A DNA stretch of 63,447 nt, filler included, from Diploschistes diacapsis (GCA_023645945.1; 18 parts of 18 records of this genome joined end to end with filler, not necessarily neighbours in it); one strand, 5' to 3'; counted from the first letter of the whole stretch, positions 34,591-48,284 are shown. Notes: generated by a model not told the origin, from the sequence alone. Numbers and translations are program-made.

Positions 34591-34863
34591 AGCTCCGATT
34601 GATGGGCAATCTTGCTCGAGCACTGTTCGGGAGGGCGCTCGGCATCCGTCGCAAGCTTGTGTTGCATTTCAGCGAGATTCTAGTCTGAAAAATGTTGAGC
34701 TCTTAAATGTAACTACACAATCCCCCAAATTCCTGAATTAATTGGCATGCCTTTCGTAACCAAGCAAACATTTTGTGCTGTGTTTAAAGGAAGCGCGAGT
34801 ATCGCAAGCGAAAAACTCCCGCCAACCAGTTTCACCTGCCACCCATCGCACTTGCCAGCCATC

Positions 34864-36255
34864 CTACCACCTCCCCGGCATCCCTGCGTCCCCAGCCCCA
34901 TCTCCATCCCCGTCGCTCCACTCATCATGCGTCTCCATCTCGACCCTCGTCCCCAGCGCCTCCTTGCCCTGCCTGATCAGATCTTCCAGCCTCCTGCTCA
35001 GCTTCGACAGCTCCCGATCCTCCTTCGCCTCCCGCTTGCGCTGGCCCTCTAGATACTGCGCCGTCTGTCTCGCCATCGGGCTCTCCCGCCTTTGAACTTC
35101 GTCCGAGCCGGAACCCGCGTTGGGTGTTGCGGGCCGGCCCACGTTTGGTTGGCGTCGGTCTTTGGCTTTGTGTCCGAGGTGGGAGTTGAAGGAGGAACTG
35201 CGCCGGTGCTGGCCTGGCCGGGCCGAGGGGGCGGAAGGCGACCCCGGTTGGGGCGAGCGCAGTCCGGCGGATGAGGCGGGGCGAGCGCTGTTTGCAGTAT
35301 GATCTCGGCGCAGGAAGAGAGAGGGGCGCGGGATTGCTGAGGGCGTCCGGCGCGTGGGCGCCGAGCTGGCGTTGGGGAATGTCGGTGTGGATGGACGTCG
35401 GTAGGAGATAGAAGGTGAGGGCTCGCGGCTGCGGTTCCGTGATGGCGAGCCGATCATCACCCAGCTGTCACGTAGGTCTGAGGTGTGCGAGGTCTTGGTC
35501 TTCTTTGATACACGCGGGTTAATATCGTAATCGTTGTCCGAAGTTGCTTCGGGAACGTGGATCCAGCCGCTGCTTTCCATGCGCTGGAGGGGAGATGGTC
35601 GGACAGGAGTGGGTTGCGACGAACCGAAAGAATAGCCTGTTCCGCCGCCGGCATGGAAGCCCCGGAAATTGCTTGTGCAAAAGTCCCAGACCTTGCCTGC
35701 AAGGTTGAACATCATTGAGCCCCATGTCGTACTTGCTTTCGCCGAAAAGGGTACGGGTGCAGGTGCGCGGCCGTTGCTATCTCTGCCTGGCAACCTGTCC
35801 GTATTTTCGCCGGCATAGTTGTGGAAATAATCTTTCGGTTCATTGGTCGACGCGAAGGCTGGGCCGCGCCTGAAGGGACCGTCTGGGGTAGGGTCGTTGT
35901 AAAGAGCCACACGTTTAGCTTCTGCAGTCGGCGTATCGAGACCTCCAGCCAGACGGTAATTCGAATTCACTAGAGGAGCTGGAGACATGTTGTCTGGAGA
36001 GTATATGGATGACTCGCTGCGGTCATATCTCGGTCTTTTACGACTGATGTTGCTGGGATTGGAGGAGCGGGGGATAGCGCTATAGTCAGTAGTCGGTGCG
36101 GGCGGGAAGAACGAGGTTCTTTGAGTGGTGGTACTTGGGGTCCGTGGAGATGCAAAAAAATTGCGACGAGCTTTAGAGTTGATGTCTAGGCGGGGAGAGT
36201 AGGTTTCCGCTGGATGGTAAGTAGCGCTGGCCATACTGGTAATAGGAGCTTGCAT
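34864..36255 (-). CDS. Conserved fungal hypothetical Ser/Pro/Arg-rich protein (463 aa)
   Basis: Single ORF with 'SPAPLVNSNYRLAGGLDTP', 'GKVWDFC..NFRGFHAGGG' and coiled-coil 'LEDLIRQGKEALGTRVE'. Confidence 0.8.
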   Translation of the reverse strand: MQAPITSMASATYHPAETYSPRLDINSKARRNFFASPRTPSTTTQRTSFFPPAPTTDYSAIPRSSNPSNISRKRPRYDRSESSIYSPDNMSPAPLVNSNYRLAGGLDTPTAEAKRVALYNDPTPDGPFRRGPAFASTNEPKDYFHNYAGENTDRLPGRDSNGRAPAPVPFSAKASTTWGSMMFNLAGKVWDFCTSNFRGFHAGGGTGYSFGSSQPTPVRPSPLQRMESSGWIHVPEATSDNDYDINPRVSKKTKTSHTSDLRDSWVMIGSPSRNRSREPSPSISYRRPSTPTFPNASSAPTRRTPSAIPRPSLFLRRDHTANSARPASSAGLRSPQPGSPSAPSARPGQHRRSSSFNSHLGHKAKDRRQPNVGRPATPNAGSGSDEVQRRESPMARQTAQYLEGQRKREAKEDRELSKLSRRLEDLIRQGKEALGTRVEMETHDEWSDGDGDGAGDAGMPGRW

Positions 36256-37981
36256 GGGAGATGTTCTTCTGATGAGATGGTGAGCCCAAGTAATGGCAGC
36301 TGATGCGGAGTTCTACAGCCTTGGCGGGTCCGCAAAAGTCAACATATTAAGCGACAGAAGCGTTGTCAGCAGCGGAATATAGAATTTCCATCCAGTACGC
36401 GCATAAGAGTCTTCAAAGAGTCAAAAATATTACCTGAAACGGAAATCTTGCGACATTCCAAAGAAATATAATTAAGTTTGCTTATTTATTAGATCCCTAA
36501 CGTCCAAGATCTGTTTTTCAGGCAGACGCTGTGCTGGTATACGAGTCTGTCCCTTAATAGCCTATAGCGCAACGCTGTCGAACACTATATCTGTTTCAAA
36601 AAGTATAACCGCGCTCAGGAGTATTTGGGAGCGCTTGAAACATATGATAGTAGCTAGTTAGCGGAAAAGTCATGGTTTATTTGGGGGAGAATTTCATAAG
36701 GCTTTCAAGGCTATTTGGTTGCTTAGCGCTTGGATGGGCTCTAACTTCGTTGTTGTTCTTCCATGATGTTCGGCCAATTGTCGAAAAGCCCCTTAGTCCG
36801 TTTCTTTCTATTGTCGAGCGAAACGGGGCCCTACGATTCTCCATACAAACCTCCAGGTTCTCGTGAAGTTCAGCTTCCTTACAATCTACATTATGGCTGC
36901 ATGGACTTCGCTTAGCATTCTCATCACTAGCTGGGGACCCAGCGTCGAGCTTGACTGGGACTAAGGCACTGGCTAGATTATAGGAATTACCATTTGGTTG
37001 CCTTCAATCGTCGAGTTTTTCCAGCTTTATCTCAGTCAGTACCGTTAAATTGGGAAATACGATATGAGCTAACAATCAACTCTGTTCCAGACATATTAAT
37101 CGGTAGAGGCTTAAAGGGCAGCTTCATAGGTTTCCTAGAGGGTATACAAAAGAGAGCCAGCATTCTGTACCAGGATGACGACGTAGTTTCCTAAATCAGA
37201 GAAGTCGTATCTATGGGGGTAGGCAAATTGGCGCGACTGGAATCCGTAGTCAAAGCGCTGGAAGAGCTGATCTCTCGCGGTTTCAAGTTGCCATTATCAC
37301 CCAATTTGTACATTGGAGTGCAACAAGATTCAAAGACAGAGCTTTTACTCTCAATGTCAAAGCGTACCGCCTAGAGATAATGAGCTGCACGATACTTTCG
37401 GGAGCACCTATGCTGTGGTGTATAGGCGAAAAGAAGGTGGATAGATTGGATACTGTGGACTCGGGGAGCCCCCCAACTATATATGCACGAGACGGCATAG
37501 TGGCAGATGCCAAACCTGCCCCATTCTATTTACACTAGAGCACAGCACAACAATGCAGCCACTATACTATGGAACAAGGATCATGAGTTTCTTCTCCTTG
37601 AGCAGAAACGTGATGATTTAGAGCGTATGATTCGGAAAAGAAGAATCATCTGTCGGTCCCGGTACTGTTCTCAGTACAGCTTGCAGTCGACTATCAGATA
37701 CTGAGCGATAGGCTACCAGTTTGAAGACTTTTTCAATCCATCGCCACAGCTTCACCTTTAACATGAGGAGCTCCACGCAAGTCAAATCAATGAAACAGTC
37801 GTACCTTCATATTGCTACACCTCATAGGTGTGAGAGAGGCTGGACTATCTTGTATATCAAGTAACATCATGATTAACACTTCTTCAATCTTGAGACACAT
37901 GCCCCTCCAGCAGTTCAAATATAACTACCTAGGGTCTATGCGCGGGCCTTCTGAGCATTACATCGTACGCCAGATTTGGCG

Positions 37982-39096
37982 TCACTTTTGATTCTCATAT
38001 GGGAGTCCAGCCTCCATCCGGATAGCGCCGTAAACGCCTGCAATATCTCCCTTCTCTCCTTTTTGCTTCTGCACGACCTCCAAATGCTGGTCGACGAGCT
38101 CCACCGCTCTCATCTTCGCGCCAGCCTTGTCTGCCAGGGCAAGAGCGTGCTTGGCGTCTTTTCGAGCATTCTCTGCTGAGAACTGAGGCTGTTAAAACGT
38201 CAGTACAGTCTTCAACGTCAGAGCAACACCAAGGAAGCCACTCACAGTGTCCCGAGTATAGTAGTCCCCACTGAGCATCCTCCCAGAATACGCCGTAAAC
38301 GGCCCTGGGAACATGGTTTGCACGAAGGTATGCATGTTGTCTACTCCCAAGCCCGTCTTCTCCGCAGCCGTGTGGCCTTCACCAAGCGTCTCGACCATTT
38401 GCAAGATGAAAGTGTTGCCGAGCAGTTTCATGAGCGAAGCCTTGCCGGGTGTTTCACCGCTGAAGTCAATGTTCTCTCGGCCCATGACGCCCTTCGTGTA
38501 AGGCTTGACCTTCTCGACGAGGTGTGCGGGACCGGCGAGGACGCAGACAAGTTGCCCGTTTTGGGCCATGGCGGGGGCGCCGAACACTGCGAGGCGCGTA
38601 TCAGTACACCGATGGAAGTGGACGGGCTGGGAAACGGATCATTTCTACCAGGTGATGCGACGAATTCCGCCCCCGCTTCGGTAGCCTTCTTGTTCAGCGT
38701 ATCCGTCGTGTCTGGGTGCACGGTTGAATTGTCAACAAAGAGCTTCCCCTTGACCTCACCCTTCAGCGCGGCCTCCATGACCGACAAGATAGCCTTGTCG
38801 TTGGAGAGGCAGGTGAAAATGATGTCTGACTTGGCAACGACATCTTCGACCGACTTGGCGACAATGGCTTTGCCCTCGCCGCCGAGTTTGTTCGCTAGTT
38901 CTTCAGCAGTGGAGAGGGTCCGGTTGTAGAGGATCAGGGGCTTCGAGAGATTGCCTTTTTCGACTAGATTCTTGGCCATGCCCTGCGGATCAGGGTTAGT
39001 TGGCCCTGTAGAGACAGACTCCTCCTGCTTTCGGTATTGGAGATCACGCACCGAGCCCATGTTTCCGAGGCCAATGTAAGCCAACTGCGGCGCCAT
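37982..39096 (-). CDS. NAD(P)-dependent beta-hydroxyacid dehydrogenase (3-hydroxyisobutyrate/6-phosphogluconate DH family), multi-exon
   Basis: Rossmann 'YIGLGNMG', 'YNRT', 'VDNSTVHP', 'FVASP-VFGAP', catalytic 'KLLGN', 'KDAKHALAL', ending 'YGAIRMEAGLPYENQK*'. Confidence 0.9.
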
Positions 39097-40289
39097 CTTG
39101 CTTTAGAACAAGGAGTCTGATATTATAATTAACTGATTCGATGTTCTGCTGGTGAAGTGATAATTGCTATTCAGTGGTATGGGCTGCTGCCACTGTAGCT
39201 GCCCTTCGACCTTGTTATAGACCTTTACTATTTACAACTGCCATTGCAAAATTTCTTGAGACACTTGCATCCCATGACGTTAATCTTCTTCGGCTTTGCT
39301 TTCGATACATCCACCCGCAATAGCCCGGACTGCTTATGAATACAAGCCATGACTCGTGAACTGCTAGTGTGAGGCAAGACCCAATGACTTAACTAAACAT
39401 GTTAACGATGAACTCACGTTTTCCCCAGCAGATCGCCGCGCAATATGCTCTACGAGGTCTCGATTCAGTACCTCAACACTAACTTGAGATGGTATTAGGG
39501 CCATCCGTGGGCTTTCCAAGCCTACAGCACCATATCACGTCCAGCCACGTAGGGGATGATCTACTCTGTTGCGCCCCTCGCTTGACTAGTGCAGTACGTG
39601 CTACTGGGGATGCATTCTTCTTGAGGATCTCGTGAGGAATGTGTTCTTTACATGTTCCTTCTGTTTTCATAATGGCATCGGATGTTATGTACCAGCACTA
39701 CCTGACCTGGGAATTGGTCAAGGGCAAGCGGATGCAGAAGGGCATTGGTCTCTGGCCAGAAGAAGGGAAAATTCAGTGATGAGGTGGCGTATAATTACCT
39801 TGTTAGTAGATACTTGAAGAATTGTCTTGGACCATTATTCCGAGTACTTCAGCATCAGTAAAGAAGACTGAAGATACTCGAATAATAGGCGGAGTGTATG
39901 TAAATAGCCCTGAGGCCAAGACCCGGGCAAAGTACGCAAGAAACCGTCATCGCGCCGTCGAGCTGCAAACCCTCAACCTCCCATATCAACTGTCTCCCTC
40001 CTCTCTGCAAACCAGGACCATTTATTTTCTGCAAGCAAGGAAGGCTGCTAACCTCACATTGCTTAGGCCTGGTGCTGCACAGGAGACTAAAGTTGCCCTA
40101 CCCTTTTTTCGAACTCATTCGCACCTGTGCACCTTCTCTCTCAGCCAACCCAGCCCCGCCAGTCTTGTGAGCGGTGAATCCATCACTAACCGCTCAATCT
40201 ACTCTTCTTCGACTCCCAAAACTGAAGTGATTAAAGTATACTAGAAAAGATATCCCAGCACAGCTTGATATCTATCCACTTAATCTATT

Positions 40290-41964
40290 ATGGCTTATCG
40301 AGGCGGCGAGCGGTGGGACAGAGATCGCTTTGATGCGTACTCGCGAGGCCCACCGGTTGTCGAGCGGGAGCGATACGAAGAGATTGATTACTACTCTTCA
40401 CCAAGGCGAGAGCCAGAGCGAGGTACGCCTCGTCGGGTTGAAGAAAGGTACTACTACGATGAAAAGGATCGCCACGACATGCCCTACCGCTCCAGAAGGG
40501 AGCCTGCGCGGTACTACGATGATGAAGGCTCCACATATGAAGGGGCTTTAGTGCCTGTCCACTCCCGCGATGAGGAGCGGGGCATTGAGGTCGACATCCG
40601 TCGCCGCGAGCATGACCGCTATTCGCCCGCTCCGTTGCGCCCACAATTTGTGCGCCGTCAAAGCAGCCTCGATACATTCGACAGGAAGCCCATGCCAAGG
40701 TACGGGGACAGGGTTCGCGAAGAGGTGATTCCAATTCCAGCAGCCCCCCGACGCCGCAGTCCGCCCAGATACAGAAGTCCGCCTCGTTTTGAGCGCGAAG
40801 TCGAGGAAGTCCGCGTTTCGGAACCAGAATACTACGGAGACGAAGAATTCAGAGGCTATCGTGAGCGAGAGATCTCTCGAGTCAGACACAACAGAGACTA
40901 TATTGTCGAAGAAGAGAAGGAAGAGATTATCGAGCCAGAGTTCCCCAAGCGTGGAAAGACCAAGATGCCCATGCGCCTAGTCAATAAGCAGGCAATTATC
41001 ACTCTCGGCTACCCATTCGAGGAAGAGGTAGGTTCTCCACGGAAAAATCAAACTGCTTACCGACAGAATCGCAGGGCGAGACCATCATCATTCTCAAAGC
41101 CCTCGGTAGGGAGCATATCGATGAAGTCATTAAGATTAGCCGAGAGATGAACTCCAAGCCCACTCCTCCTCCCGAGCCGCCTGCCGAAGAGAGTAAGGCA
41201 TTTTCCATTCGTTGTTTATCCTAAGCGCGTGAGCTAACTACGCCAGCTCGCACAACCTACGTGATCGAGCATCCATCCACCCCCAAACCAGCTCCTAAAG
41301 AAGAGACAGTCGTCGAACGCCGCACGGAGATAATCCGCGAGTTGCCTCCTTCTCCACCTTCGCCAAACCCTGATCCTCCGCGCTCTGTCAGAGAATGGGA
41401 TGTTCTCTCCCGCCATGCTTCGCGTCACGAATCCCGCGACGAAGGCTCTGTTCGCTCCCCTTCACCCGCCAGCACCCATCGCACGCACCACACCCGCAAG
41501 TCCTCTCGCTCGCACCACAACTCTCGCGCTCGCTCCGTCTCCTCGGCTAGCACAAGACGCGAGCTCATCATCTCCGAGGATCGAGAGGAGAGCGCGACTA
41601 TCCGCGGGGGTGTTGGGGCATTGATTGTACCCAGCCGTGAGCGCAAGTCGGACAGAGATATCAAAGCCGAGATCAGGGCACTGGAGGCGGAGAGGAAGGC
41701 GCTCAGAAGGGAAAGGGATAGAGATGACAGGGAGCTGATTGTCGTCAAGGAGAGGGACGACGAGGTTGTGGAAGTGAGGAAGGACCGGAAGGGTAGGTTG
41801 GCTCTTGTCCGTTGATGAGTGAAGCGGAAGGTGGGTATGTGGGATACGATACCACTGCGGGTTGGATATTCTTTGGTCTTGTGAAAAAGCTCGCTGACTC
41901 TGCTATTTTCGCAACAGCGCCAGATCCGAGAATCATTCGGGCAATGCTGAAGACGCTCACTTGA
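40290..41964 (+). CDS. Conserved fungal Arg/Glu-rich protein with 'RGKTKMPMRLV...LGYPFEEE' domain; two possible C-termini (stop 41815 or 41964)
   Basis: Spliced ORFs; introns after FEEE and PAEE; 'RDIKAEIRALEAE', 'VEVRKDRKG'. Confidence 0.8.
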
Positions 41965-42491
41965 GTCTTTGCTGGGTTTGGAGTACTCAAGTTGGACGAT
42001 AATAGTTCCCTGCGATACAACCGGCCCGATGTCGTTGCCGACGGAAGCTTAAGGGAAGCAACGACTAAACGGCTCGCGAAACAGCATCGAATACTTATCA
42101 TCTGGAATCGATCCCTGCCCACCCCCGCGAAGCGAAAGAACAGAGGCGAAGAATCTGTCCCATTCCCCAATGGGTATGACGTTAGAAGAAGCCGAACGAT
42201 GCTGTTTGTCTGCGAACCATTCAGGCTTTGGAACGTGCGAGGAGGGGGGACGATTTGGATGCTTGCGGTTCCTCATCCTCGATATTCAATTCGCATGGAG
42301 CTGGGTGCTGGACAACTCATGACCTTTCTTTACATAATTAACCGGGAGCAATACGAGTCATTTTTTCGAGCAGCTTTACACATTCATTTCATTCCATGGC
42401 AGCCGAAAAAAACCTGCATGCCTCTGACGCCCAAGAGCCCGACTCGGGAAGCTGGCTGCACAGCAGCACTCGATCTTCCCTCTCAACATCG

Positions 42492-42615
42492 TTAGCCATC
42501 AGAGTACTCCTCACAATCCCAAGGGATCCCAAAGCCCCCTAAACAACCATCTTCTACCTCTGCTTCCGCTTCTTCTCCTTCTCCCCCCTCACCGTAGCCC
42601 CACGCCCCCCAGAAT
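42492..42615 (-). CDS. Possible 3' end of a gene cut by the contig end
   Basis: Open frame ...GEEAEAEVEDGCLGGFGIPWDCEEYSDG* running in from the contig end. Confidence 0.3.
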
Positions 42616-42715
42616 NNNNNNNNNNNNNNNNNNNNNNNNNNNNNNNNNNNNNNNNNNNNTTAATTAATTAANNNNNNNNNNNNNNNNNNNNNNNNNNNNN
42701 NNNNNNNNNNNNNNN

Positions 42716-44008
42716 TATCTTTAATAAAGACGTTATATTTTATAATATAATAGCTTTGTTTTAATCGTCGTAATCTCGTTAGCGATTATTTCGTAAATCT
42801 TATTTTATATAAATTTTTGTTTCGATAATATAGAAAGAAATTATAACATATCTTAAACGTAGAGTATTAAAACACAAAAATGCTTTTTTAATTTTATTAA
42901 CCGTCAGCTACCATTATCTGGTTCGGGACGATTATAGGAAGCAGGAACTTCTAAAATATTATGATTTGTCGAAGATTCTAGATGGTAGGGTTTAGTATTT
43001 AAATAAAATATATTTCTTTCGATTTTGATTTGTCGTTTTCGAATAGAAATCTAATATCTAGATAGATAAGCTGGTTAGTCATAATTAAGATTCAGGTTCA
43101 GGTTTAGGTTCAGTATCGGTTTTTAAATTTTCATTATCTGAACTTTCTGCGTCATAGGCGCGTTTGTTCTTACCTTTTTGTTTACTGCGGATATCTCGGG
43201 ATTTCTTTCCCGGTTTTTATCCTTTATTACGATGATTATTCTTCTAAACTCCTTCGCGAGTTTACAACGCATCGCGCGATAATTACTATCATTATAAAAT
43301 AAATATCTTTTAAATAAGCTTCTTGAGCTAAAACGACGGCGTCGTTTCTCGTCGAATTGTCGAAAGGATCCCTTTTAACGAAATAAATATGCTGTGACCT
43401 CTTCTGTCAGTTTTTCTTACTTATCGATTAATTTATTAAGCCATTTGTCGTAATCGATATTGACGGATGAAATATTATCGATCTAGGTATCAATAACGTC
43501 GACAATGACTGCGTAATCAGGCGGCAATGCTGTAAGTAGTTATTAAAAGGGAACCTTTAGGGCGTGATTCGATCGTCCATACGATATCTATGCATACGTA
43601 TGAGTTCGAACCATTGCTATTAGTTCTCTTTTTTCAGAATAGGAGCAACCCGCTTCTTAAATAAGATGTTATCCATATCGTTACTGTTTCTAAAGATGAA
43701 TGAATGACTTATAATTAATACTTTAATAATAATACAGAATATAATTTTCTATAATAGAAACGAAAGAAATCGAATGGTTCAATAACGGTTCAGCTGAACT
43801 TCGATAATTATCAAAAATATCGAGCAGGTTCAGCAATAGGCGCGGCTAAATATCGATGATTAATACGAGATCGATAAGATTCAACGTAAATTCAGCTAAA
43901 CTTCGATATTATCGAGAAAAGAAAGGGGTCGAAGGTTTTTCGTTAACCTAATAAATAATGAATCCGGGAGTTAAATACTTCTTATTTTAATATACCCTAT
44001 GTCCTGTC
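42716..44008 (-). mobile_element. RIP-degraded probable Ty1/copia element, 5' region with gag start
   Basis: Minus-strand 'MDNILFKKRVAPILKKEN**QWFELIRMH' from 43676 resembles a copia gag N-terminus. It shares sequence (GTTCAGCTGAACTTCGATA) and the peptide with 57300-57740. Confidence 0.45.
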
Positions 44009-46970
44009 NNNNNNNNNNNNNNNNNNNNNNNNNNNNNNNNNNNNNNNNNNNNTTAATTAATTAANNNNNNNNNNNNNNNNNNNNNNNNNNNNNNNNNNNN
44101 NNNNNNNNTATTATGGGGTGATGAAAGCACGGCAGAGAAATATCGAGACGCCCGGCGCCTGCAAGGGGGAAATGGGGGACGGAGAAGGACAAACGGGAGA
44201 AGCACGAAATCCCAGAGGTATGTATGTATTATAGCGAAAACAATCGGTGAGTGAAGGGGGGGGGGAGGGGAACAAAGGAGTCAAGGGGCTGCTTTATATA
44301 CAAGTCACAAAGCTGCATCAACCCACCGCATATTTTTTTGGGCTTTTTTTGCTGGACCCACCACTTTGTTCATTGTTCGTCCTGAAACACGAAATACCAT
44401 CCAGCAGGGTTCGTTCGCACACGAGGTTTCTGAATGGGTTCCCCCCTCGAGACGCGGGCTGGCACAACGGTCGCGCAGATCTTTTTGTCTGGACAAGGTA
44501 CCTCCGCGTCGCGCCCGCCGGGGCGCGGGGCTATTCTTGGGACTTGTGACGGTCGCATGTCACAGGGGCAGGAGGAAGGAAGCTTTCGACTGGCAGCGAG
44601 CCTTTTCCTGGGGTATTCCACCTGAAGCTTGTTGCAGAGTTTGGCGCGCAGTGTTTTTATTTGGGACATGCGATGCGCTGCGCGGGCGTTAAAGTCGCGC
44701 TGAGCATTGACGAGTTCCAGCCAATCATTCGGCGAAGACAGGCTATCCAATCGCATCGGTTCCCGTGGTGCCGATGGTGCAAAACCTCTTTCTTGGCATT
44801 TGGCAGCTTTTGAATGCGCTCGAGGCAACATGGGGACCTTATGCCAGAGATGTCGCTGCAGCTAGGCATATTTACTAACTAACTGCTGTGCAAAGTTACT
44901 ATTTGCATAGGTTTCATCGCTTCAATTCCTAGATGTTGAAATGTCACAGCGTGTAGTTAGGAGGAGGGAGCAACCAGCTGCTGTGCTCATATTACAAAAG
45001 GTGGGAAAGCCTGAAAGCATATATTGGGATTCTGTGTGCCTGCTCAGTACTTTGTTTTTGGCTAACGTAGCTTTCCTGCCATGTCTAATGTGTTCAATAC
45101 GTATCCATATGCTCGCCATCAAGGTTGATGAAGGAAATGGAACGTTCTACTCCGTGTCACTAACGGTAACACGTGTGGTTTCACTACGGAGTTAAGCCCT
45201 AAGTCCGAAAAGACTTGATAGAATACTTTTTATTTATAAATCTGTAGCTAGATAATTTGAACGAACCATGCAATCGAATCATATATAGTAGTAACGAAAA
45301 AGTAATTTATTTAAGGAGTTCTGGCCTCGATTAGATTTTAAAGGTCGAGTTTTAAAAAAAATAAATCCTTTTTCGATCGAAACGATTCGATTCGCTTACA
45401 TNNNNNNNNNNNNNNNNNNNNNNNNNNNNNNNNNNNNNNNNNNNNTTAATTAATTAANNNNNNNNNNNNNNNNNNNNNNNNNNNNNNNNNNNNNNNNNNN
45501 NCAAGAGGTGTGCCCTGGACCTACGTGTGCCTGAGACACCGCTGTTGTACCTCCCTCGCTGCTTCCCTCCTCTTGCCCTCTGAGCAGTGCACCTGCCGTC
45601 TTGGCTGCTTTCCTACCTCGCCCTGTCTTCTGGCTCAGCTGCTGCTGCATGCTGGGAGGAGCAGCCGCATAGGGAGCGATTCTTGGGTTGCTGGTGGCAC
45701 AGTCAGTGTGCCCATGTAATAGCCGCCCAGCAGGCGGAAAGTGGGCAGGCTGTGGAGGTTTGAAGTGGTGCTGCTTTTAGGGCTAACTTGAATGTGGTAA
45801 TGGCTAATGTGTTGCGTGAGAATATCTTCGTTCCCTTGTTTGGCGAGCGGCGAGGGCATGGCACCGCGTCTGGGATGGATGATAAATGTGTACGCTTGAA
45901 GTTCTTGTTCTACGGATACTTAGTTTTCCATTTATAACATAGAGACTTTAATGTGACAGGCAAGATCTCCTGCTTCAACAATATCCCGATCCTTATTGGC
46001 CCGTGCTGTTCCTACCGATCAAGTAGCAAACTCTTTGGACGCAATCTTAATATAAGACCCTCTCCGGAGAGGAAAGCGGGCAGCTGGTGCCCCTTGCTGT
46101 TGGCATATCTCAGACACACAACGTCCGAAACGAGCTTCTTTATGAATGGCCCTCAACCTGCAATTCCCAACGCGCATGAGACCTATCCCTTTACGACCAT
46201 CCATTGTCGTTTCCTACTGATGTCCCCACACCTATTATCTTTCACGCTCCACCGCCAACGCTCTCGCAGCAGCACGTAGATGTCTCAGCCAATTCCCATA
46301 TCTTAAAAAAACCTTCGGGGAACATAGCACAGCAGCACATACCAGCCCCACCTCGTTCCCCTTGATGCAAGACAGGATATTCCTCGAATAAAGTACCCCG
46401 ACGTTCGAGTTCGACCTTCCACGACTCGGGAAGCACGGAGGAGGAGCCACTCCGTCTAGAGCCCAGCCTAGCAAAAAAAGAATCAATCCCTCCGCTCGAG
46501 CAGAGAATAAAGGATATTTGTGACGTTGGCCCAAATCACCGCCTGTGCATTATTTCCCTCCCCAGCGATCCAAGACAGGCCAGTACCCATCCACCCTCAT
46601 ACCAACTCTGCGACGACAATGACGCCGATGATCCGAGCAGGAGCCACCCAGCAACCCAAACACTTGTGCCCCATCCCATATCACACCGTACCGTCCAGCC
46701 CCTTCCTACCTCCTCCACCTCCTCCACATTAACCTCAACCTTAAAACCTCAATTGCTGGCTCACGCTCATAGTCACAACCCCCATTCCCACCCNNNNNNN
46801 NNNNNNNNNNNNNNNNNNNNNNNNNNNNNNNNNNNNNTTAATTAATTAANNNNNNNNNNNNNNNNNNNNNNNNNNNNNNNNNNNNNNNNNNNNGTTGGGA
46901 GGGAGTCGGGGGTGTTGGAAGAGGCAGGGGCGTTTGAAGAACATGTCGTGCTAACGACATGTGTGTCTAG

Positions 46971-47213
46971 AGCGGCGATGCGGGCGGCTACGTCGTGTTC
47001 TGGGACTGGAAGAGCTGCAAGATGTACCACAAGATGATGGCGGGCGAGAAGGGCAAGGGCGCGGTGACGTGCTGTAGGTGGCATCCGAGGGAGAGCAGCA
47101 AGGTATGTGGTTCCGATTACGATTATCCTCTGTCTTTTGCGTTGTGGCGATGGCTGACGCTTGGGCAGGTGGTGACCGCGGGGTTGGACGGGTGTATTAA
47201 GTATTGGGATTGA
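46971..47213 (+). CDS. CDC40: 3' end of WD40 splicing factor Prp17/Cdc40 (partial)
   Basis: SGDAGGYVVFWDWKSCKMYHK...WHPRESSK|intron|VVTAGLDGCIKYWD*, the characteristic Prp17 C-terminus. Confidence 0.85.
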   Translation, partial: SGDAGGYVVFWDWKSCKMYHKMMAGEKGKGAVTCCRWHPRESSKVCGSDYDYPLSFALWRWLTLGQVVTAGLDGCIKYWD

Positions 47214-48284
47214 CGGGTGGAAGGTCTGAGGCATGCGGGAAAGAGGGCTAGGGGGGTGGGCGAGTGAAGGAGCGGATGAGTGAATGGGAGAGGGAGAAGG
47301 AATGCCTGGTGGTGCTGCGGGTTGGTGGGGTGGGGTGGCGATAACAATAATAAGTGCCTCGTTCCAAGACCTACAGGCTACAAATCCCAGCCTTAGATCC
47401 TGCGCAAGTGGAAACACATCCATTCGTTGTACACTGGATTCTAGGCTGCGAAGAGGCAGGGCAGGGGCAACCGCAGCACGCCACAGCACAGGAACCACAC
47501 AAGAGCAAAATAGATGGACCGTTCATATTTGGCTTTGCAGGACTGATGATGCCCTCTGTATATGAATACGTTTCCCCAGCTGATACAACTCCCCCTCGCG
47601 AAGAAAAAACACTATGATGCCTCTGATACCGGATGAATGCCGAAAATGCGAAGTGGTATCTATGTCTGCTTCGCGCCCATCCCGTACCGTCTCATTACCC
47701 GTCCCCGTACCCCGTCCGTTGCGCCTGTGGGTCCAGTCCGTTCGCAAGGCCCCTGTTCTTTTCGTGTGCAAACTGCTCGCGTCCCTTTCCCTCGCCCTGC
47801 TCCTTCGCTACCGGGAGCAAAAAAGGAGGATGGCGCCCAAAGCATGACTAGTGCAGGGGAGAGGCGTGCGCCGGAAACGGAAGTGCAGGAGAGAGGTATG
47901 CGCCGCGTTGTGGTAAATGTACAGGTTGTAAGAAATGTACAGGTAGTAAGCAAAGCCGATCAACGCAGGAGCTGGCGATGTAGCAAGTTTTGAGAACCGA
48001 TGAAGACCTGAGAGAGGTAGGTGTTCAGGAAAGATAGGGAGAAGGGCCGAACAGAAGAGGGAAAGCGAAAGCGGGTGCTGGACGGCGATACCGTCACCGT
48101 CACCATCACCACATTCCTCTCACTCTCCCATCCACCCTTCATCTTCCTCCTTTTCCCCGCCCCTCAAAGTGCACGAAAATCCACNNNNNNNNNNNNNNNN
48201 NNNNNNNNNNNNNNNNNNNNNNNNNNNNTTAATTAATTAANNNNNNNNNNNNNNNNNNNNNNNNNNNNNNNNNNNNNNNNNNNN

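Noticed and set aside
36672..37704. Short ORFs that might be a decayed gene
   Set aside because: No family motif could be recognised with confidence.
44109..46793. ORFs on two GC-balanced small contigs
   Set aside because: No recognisable product. 44109-44900 looks like promoter DNA (TATATAAAG on the minus strand at ~44292-44300). 45502-46100 may hold spliced exons, but no reliable model could be built.
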